A stretch of 32,000 nt of DNA from Bacteroidota bacterium (GTDB taxonomy: Bacteria > Bacteroidota > Bacteroidia > Chitinophagales > Chitinophagaceae): NCBI GenBank assembly GCA_040385845.1, contig JAZKGP010000004.1, positions 825,334 to 857,333 of the forward strand. Reading direction: 5' to 3'. Below the pieces are notes generated by a model, which had not been told where the DNA came from, ran no database searches, and saw nothing but the letters and a program-made list of their open reading frames with translations. Shown here in pieces: positions 28,991-32,000 of the stretch. The stretch's first letter is position 1; every line of letters starts with the position of its first letter. The translations under genes were made by a program, and so were the position numbers.

Positions 28991-29863
28991 ATGGCTATTA
29001 GAAAAACGACTCCTGCTAAAACAGGTAATGCTGTTTCTGCTGATACAAGTACAAAGAAAACTTCTACCAAAACCGCTAAAGATGTAGTTGAAAAAGCTGC
29101 AGACAAGGCCGTACCAGGAAATGAAACCACAATTAAAAAACCTGCTGCAAAAGAAGTTGCCAAACCCGTAAGCTCAGCATCAAAAAATGCTGGTGGATCA
29201 AAAACGGCCCAGGCAAATGATTTAGAAAAAGCTGGTAAAATCATTCAAAAGCCATCCGAAACCGTGAAGGAAAAAACAACCGCAGCAGCCGGAGCTACTA
29301 AAGAAGAAGCCCCCGCAAAGAAAAAAGCCGGTGCAAAAGCTGAAGAAGCAGCACCAAAGAAATCAGAAGCTAAAGTAAAAATCCCTAAGACTTCTGCCAC
29401 AGGAAAGGTTCCGTACGAACCTGACTTTACCCATTCGGTTTTGGATAGCCCAAGGGAAGAAGAGCAACAAACAAGCAGTGTTCCTTCTATGCGTTACAGT
29501 GATTCCGAATTACATGAATTCAGAACCCTGATCCAGCGTAAGCTGGAATCTGCAAAAAAAGAACTTGCTTACCTGCAGGGATTGATCACCCGTAAAGATG
29601 AAATGGGTGGTGACAATGATGATGGCCGCTATATGACTATGGAAGATGGTAGCCTGAGCATGGAAAGAGAACAACTAAGCCAAATGGCCAGCCGGCAGAT
29701 CACTTTTATTGATCACCTGGAAAAGGCATTAATGCGTATCGAAAATAAAACCTACGGTGTGTGCCGTGTTACCGGGAAGCTGATTGAAAAAGCACGTCTT
29801 CGTGCGGTACCGCATGCAACCTTAAGTATGGAAGCAAAAAGCAGCAAAACCAGGGTGCTATAA
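28991..29863 (+). CDS. TraR/DksA-family protein with a ~165-aa lysine/alanine/glutamate-rich N-terminal extension
   Basis: The C-terminal ~120 aa carry a coiled-coil (ELHEFRTLIQRKLESAKKELAYLQG) and YGVCRVTGKLIEKARLRAVPHATLS, typical of the Bacteroidota DksA/TraR gene that follows ileS. The ATG is 2 nt after the ileS stop. The canonical-size alternative start is the ATG at 29489. Confidence 0.7.
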   Translation: MAIRKTTPAKTGNAVSADTSTKKTSTKTAKDVVEKAADKAVPGNETTIKKPAAKEVAKPVSSASKNAGGSKTAQANDLEKAGKIIQKPSETVKEKTTAAAGATKEEAPAKKKAGAKAEEAAPKKSEAKVKIPKTSATGKVPYEPDFTHSVLDSPREEEQQTSSVPSMRYSDSELHEFRTLIQRKLESAKKELAYLQGLITRKDEMGGDNDDGRYMTMEDGSLSMEREQLSQMASRQITFIDHLEKALMRIENKTYGVCRVTGKLIEKARLRAVPHATLSMEAKSSKTRVL

Positions 29864-29888
29864 TATTTACTAGAACTAAGTATTAAAT

Positions 29889-29924
29889 ATAAAAGAGGTA
29901 AAGTTCAGGCTTTGCCTCTTTTAT
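29889..29924. terminator. Bidirectional hairpin between the DksA-like gene and the convergent ABC transporter
   Basis: ATAAAAGAGGTAAAG pairs with CTTTGCCTCTTTTAT in a 15-bp stem with one G-U pair. The loop is TTCAGG and A/T runs flank both sides. Confidence 0.75.
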
Positions 29925-29970
29925 ATTTTTAGAAACAAGTCCGCTAAGTTCAAGTATAAATACATTGTAT

Positions 29971-31797
29971 TTATCGCACTTCCTGCAGTTCCACCAACCG
30001 GTGATAGATTCCATTTTGTGCTAACAATGCATCGTGGTTTCCGCGTTCGGCAATTCTGCCATGCTGTAAAACAACTATTTCATCGGCATGCCGGATGGTA
30101 CTTAGGCGGTGGGCAATTACAATTGTCGTTCTGTCCTGCATCACTTTGTTTATAGCATCCTGCACTAATCTTTCACTTTCAGTATCGAGGCTCGAAGTAG
30201 CTTCATCCAAAATCAGGATCGGCGGATTTTTTAAAACTGCCCTGGCAATAGTAATTCTTTGTCGTTCACCACCACTTAGTTTAGTTCCCCGATCTCCAAC
30301 ATTGGTATTATAACCGTCTTCTTTATTCAGGATAAAATTATCAGCGTTTGCCACTTTTGCAGCAGCTATAATCTCGGGCAACGATGCTCCCGGAACACCC
30401 AGTGCAATGTTTCCGGCAATAGAATCATTAAATAAAAAGGACTCCTGGGTTACTATGCCCATTTGTTCTCTTAAACTCTTTAATGAGTAATGTTTGATAT
30501 TTTTTCCATCCACTAAAATCTCACCCGAACTCACATCATGAAATCGTGGGATCATATCTGCCAGTGTACTTTTTCCTGAACCGCTGCTGCCAACCAGGGC
30601 GATGGTTTTACCTTTTTCTATTAAGAGGTTTATATCGTGTAAAACGATTTTATCATCATATTGGAAATTGACATTTCTCAATTCAATACTGTTGCTGAAC
30701 GATGCCATTTGAATTGGGTTAGCGATCTCTTTGATTGAAACGGCCTCATCTATCAATGATTCAATACGATCGATACTGGCCGAACCTCTTTTGATATTGT
30801 AAGAAGCTGAAGTAAGAGCTTTCAATGGATTGATCAACTGGGAAATGATAGCTATGTAAACCAGGAAGCCGCTTGGATCAAGAAAAGAGCCATTTAAGAC
30901 CAATCTACCGCCATACCATAATACGCACACTACAGCAGTGATACCCATCACTTCGCTAACTGGTGAAGCGAGGTCACGACGGCGGTTAGCCTTGTTTTTT
31001 ATTGTAAACAGCGCCTCGTTTTCCTTATCAAAGCGATGGATCAATTTTGGTTCGGCTGTAAAACCTTTGATGATCCTGATACCGCTGATTGTTTCATCTA
31101 TCGTGGATAGTATGGCTCCCAGTTTTTCCTGTACATCCCTGCTTTCCCGTTTTAAGCTTTTTCCAATGCGGCCAATTATTAAACCTGCAACCGGTAAAAA
31201 CATGATAAGAAATAGCGTTAACTGCGGACTTAACGACAAAAGATACAACAGGTACATTATTACCAATATGGGTTCCCTGAATGTTGTTTCAATCACATTT
31301 ACCGTGGAACTCTCCACTTCACCTAAGTCGTTTGTAAGGCGGCTCATAATATCACCTTTTCGTTTTTCACTAAAAAAACCGATAGGCAATTCAAGTATCT
31401 TCCGGAACATCTTTGTTCTCAGGTTATTTATTACATTATTTCGAATAGGATTGAGATAGTAATAAGACAAATAGAGAAATAAATTTTTTAGCAGGATAGA
31501 AAGCATTACAACCAGGCAGATCACGGCGAGGGCTTTAACATCTCCGTTCGGGCGCTGCATCAGGTCATGTAACCAATCATTAAAATGGTTAACAGGATTG
31601 ATGCGGCTTAGAAACTTATCTGAGGTTGAAACCGCTTTAAGGGTATCCTCTTTTTTAAAAATGAGCAACAGGAAAGGACTTAGAAGCCCGAGTGAAATAA
31701 CAGAGAAAAAAGAGGATAAAACATTGAAACTGAAATAGGCTGTTAACAGCTTTGGATAAGGAGATATGTACTTAAAAATCTTACGTAAGCTCTTCAT
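29971..31797 (-). CDS. ABC transporter, fused permease/ATPase, MsbA-like exporter
   Basis: 608 aa. N-terminal 6-TM domain, Walker A GSSGSGKST, signature LSGGERQR, Walker B ILILDEATSSLD, and an H-loop AHRLST. Confidence 0.9.
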   Translation of the reverse strand: MKSLRKIFKYISPYPKLLTAYFSFNVLSSFFSVISLGLLSPFLLLIFKKEDTLKAVSTSDKFLSRINPVNHFNDWLHDLMQRPNGDVKALAVICLVVMLSILLKNLFLYLSYYYLNPIRNNVINNLRTKMFRKILELPIGFFSEKRKGDIMSRLTNDLGEVESSTVNVIETTFREPILVIMYLLYLLSLSPQLTLFLIMFLPVAGLIIGRIGKSLKRESRDVQEKLGAILSTIDETISGIRIIKGFTAEPKLIHRFDKENEALFTIKNKANRRRDLASPVSEVMGITAVVCVLWYGGRLVLNGSFLDPSGFLVYIAIISQLINPLKALTSASYNIKRGSASIDRIESLIDEAVSIKEIANPIQMASFSNSIELRNVNFQYDDKIVLHDINLLIEKGKTIALVGSSGSGKSTLADMIPRFHDVSSGEILVDGKNIKHYSLKSLREQMGIVTQESFLFNDSIAGNIALGVPGASLPEIIAAAKVANADNFILNKEDGYNTNVGDRGTKLSGGERQRITIARAVLKNPPILILDEATSSLDTESERLVQDAINKVMQDRTTIVIAHRLSTIRHADEIVVLQHGRIAERGNHDALLAQNGIYHRLVELQEVR

Positions 31798-31875
31798 GAA
31801 TAAATTAGTATATCCTCAAGTAGGATGAGAAACGGGCAAAGTAACTACTTTTACCTCCATTAAACGCGATGTGAT

Positions 31876-32000
31876 ATGCAGGAAAGTAAAAGGCAAAAGC
31901 AGGTGGCTGGCCTGTTAAACGAAGAATTAAATGATATTTTTCAACGGTTTGGATTCAATATTGTAGATGGTGGAATGATTTCAATTTCAAAAGTTACCAT
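31876..32000 (+). CDS. rbfA: Ribosome-binding factor A, 5' part (runs off the right edge)
   Basis: My own translation from the ATG at 31876 gives MQESKRQKQVAGLLNEELNDIFQRFGFNIVDGGMISISKVT... This matches the RbfA N-terminal pattern (R..KV...L..EL..I..). It is not in the track because it has no stop in the window. Confidence 0.7.
   Translation, partial: MQESKRQKQVAGLLNEELNDIFQRFGFNIVDGGMISISKVT

Noticed and set aside
28861-29244. 127-aa minus-strand ORF opposite the K/A-rich extension of the DksA-like gene.
   Set aside because: Low-complexity GCN/AAR-rich coding sequence keeps the antisense frame open. The plus frame is contiguous with a recognisable DksA/TraR domain and is coupled to ileS.

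Overview
This is about 90% coding chromosomal DNA with a Bacteroidota character: A-rich, Shine-Dalgarno-less start contexts, TAnnTTTG-type -7 boxes, GxxExxY and four-helix-bundle orphan genes, and a DksA/TraR gene directly after ileS. A Chitinophagia/Sphingobacteriia-like source is a guess. I could not run any searches, so every family call rests on motifs I read in the translations.

The centre of the window is a large heme (tetrapyrrole) biosynthesis cluster. hemH lies at 5007-6035 on the minus strand, divergent from a plus-strand run hemA-hemC-hemD-hemE-[four-helix-bundle gene]-hemF-[GxxExxY gene]-hemB-hemL (7450-15959).

The flanks are housekeeping genes:
- an M3 peptidyl-dipeptidase
- a YvlD-type small membrane protein
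- a DUF445 protein
- a secreted M48-like HExxH protein
- an AraC-family regulator
- gyrB
- a two-domain hypothetical and a 68-aa hypothetical
- pta-ackA
- ileS and a long DksA/TraR-like protein
- an MsbA-like ABC exporter
- the 5' end of rbfA
- a left-edge partial CDS on the minus strand (1-546) that is missing from the ORF track

I found no rRNA, tRNA, CRISPR array, transposase, integrase or recognisable defense island. I see no convincing multi-gene novel system.

The observations most worth a second look are:
1. Two small orphan-family cassettes (four-helix-bundle/23S-IVS-type and GxxExxY/PD-(D/E)xK-type) sit in consecutive intergenic junctions of the hem operon. The first is bracketed by perfect 13-nt inverted GTGAAACG repeat arrays. 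The second is followed by a nested repeat element.
2. An identical 14-nt TGA-N6-TCA box lies upstream of both the hem operon and the ackA-pta operon. Its orientation and its spacing to a -7-like box are the same in both.
3. A DksA/TraR homolog carries a roughly 165-aa K/A/E-rich extension and is translationally coupled to ileS.
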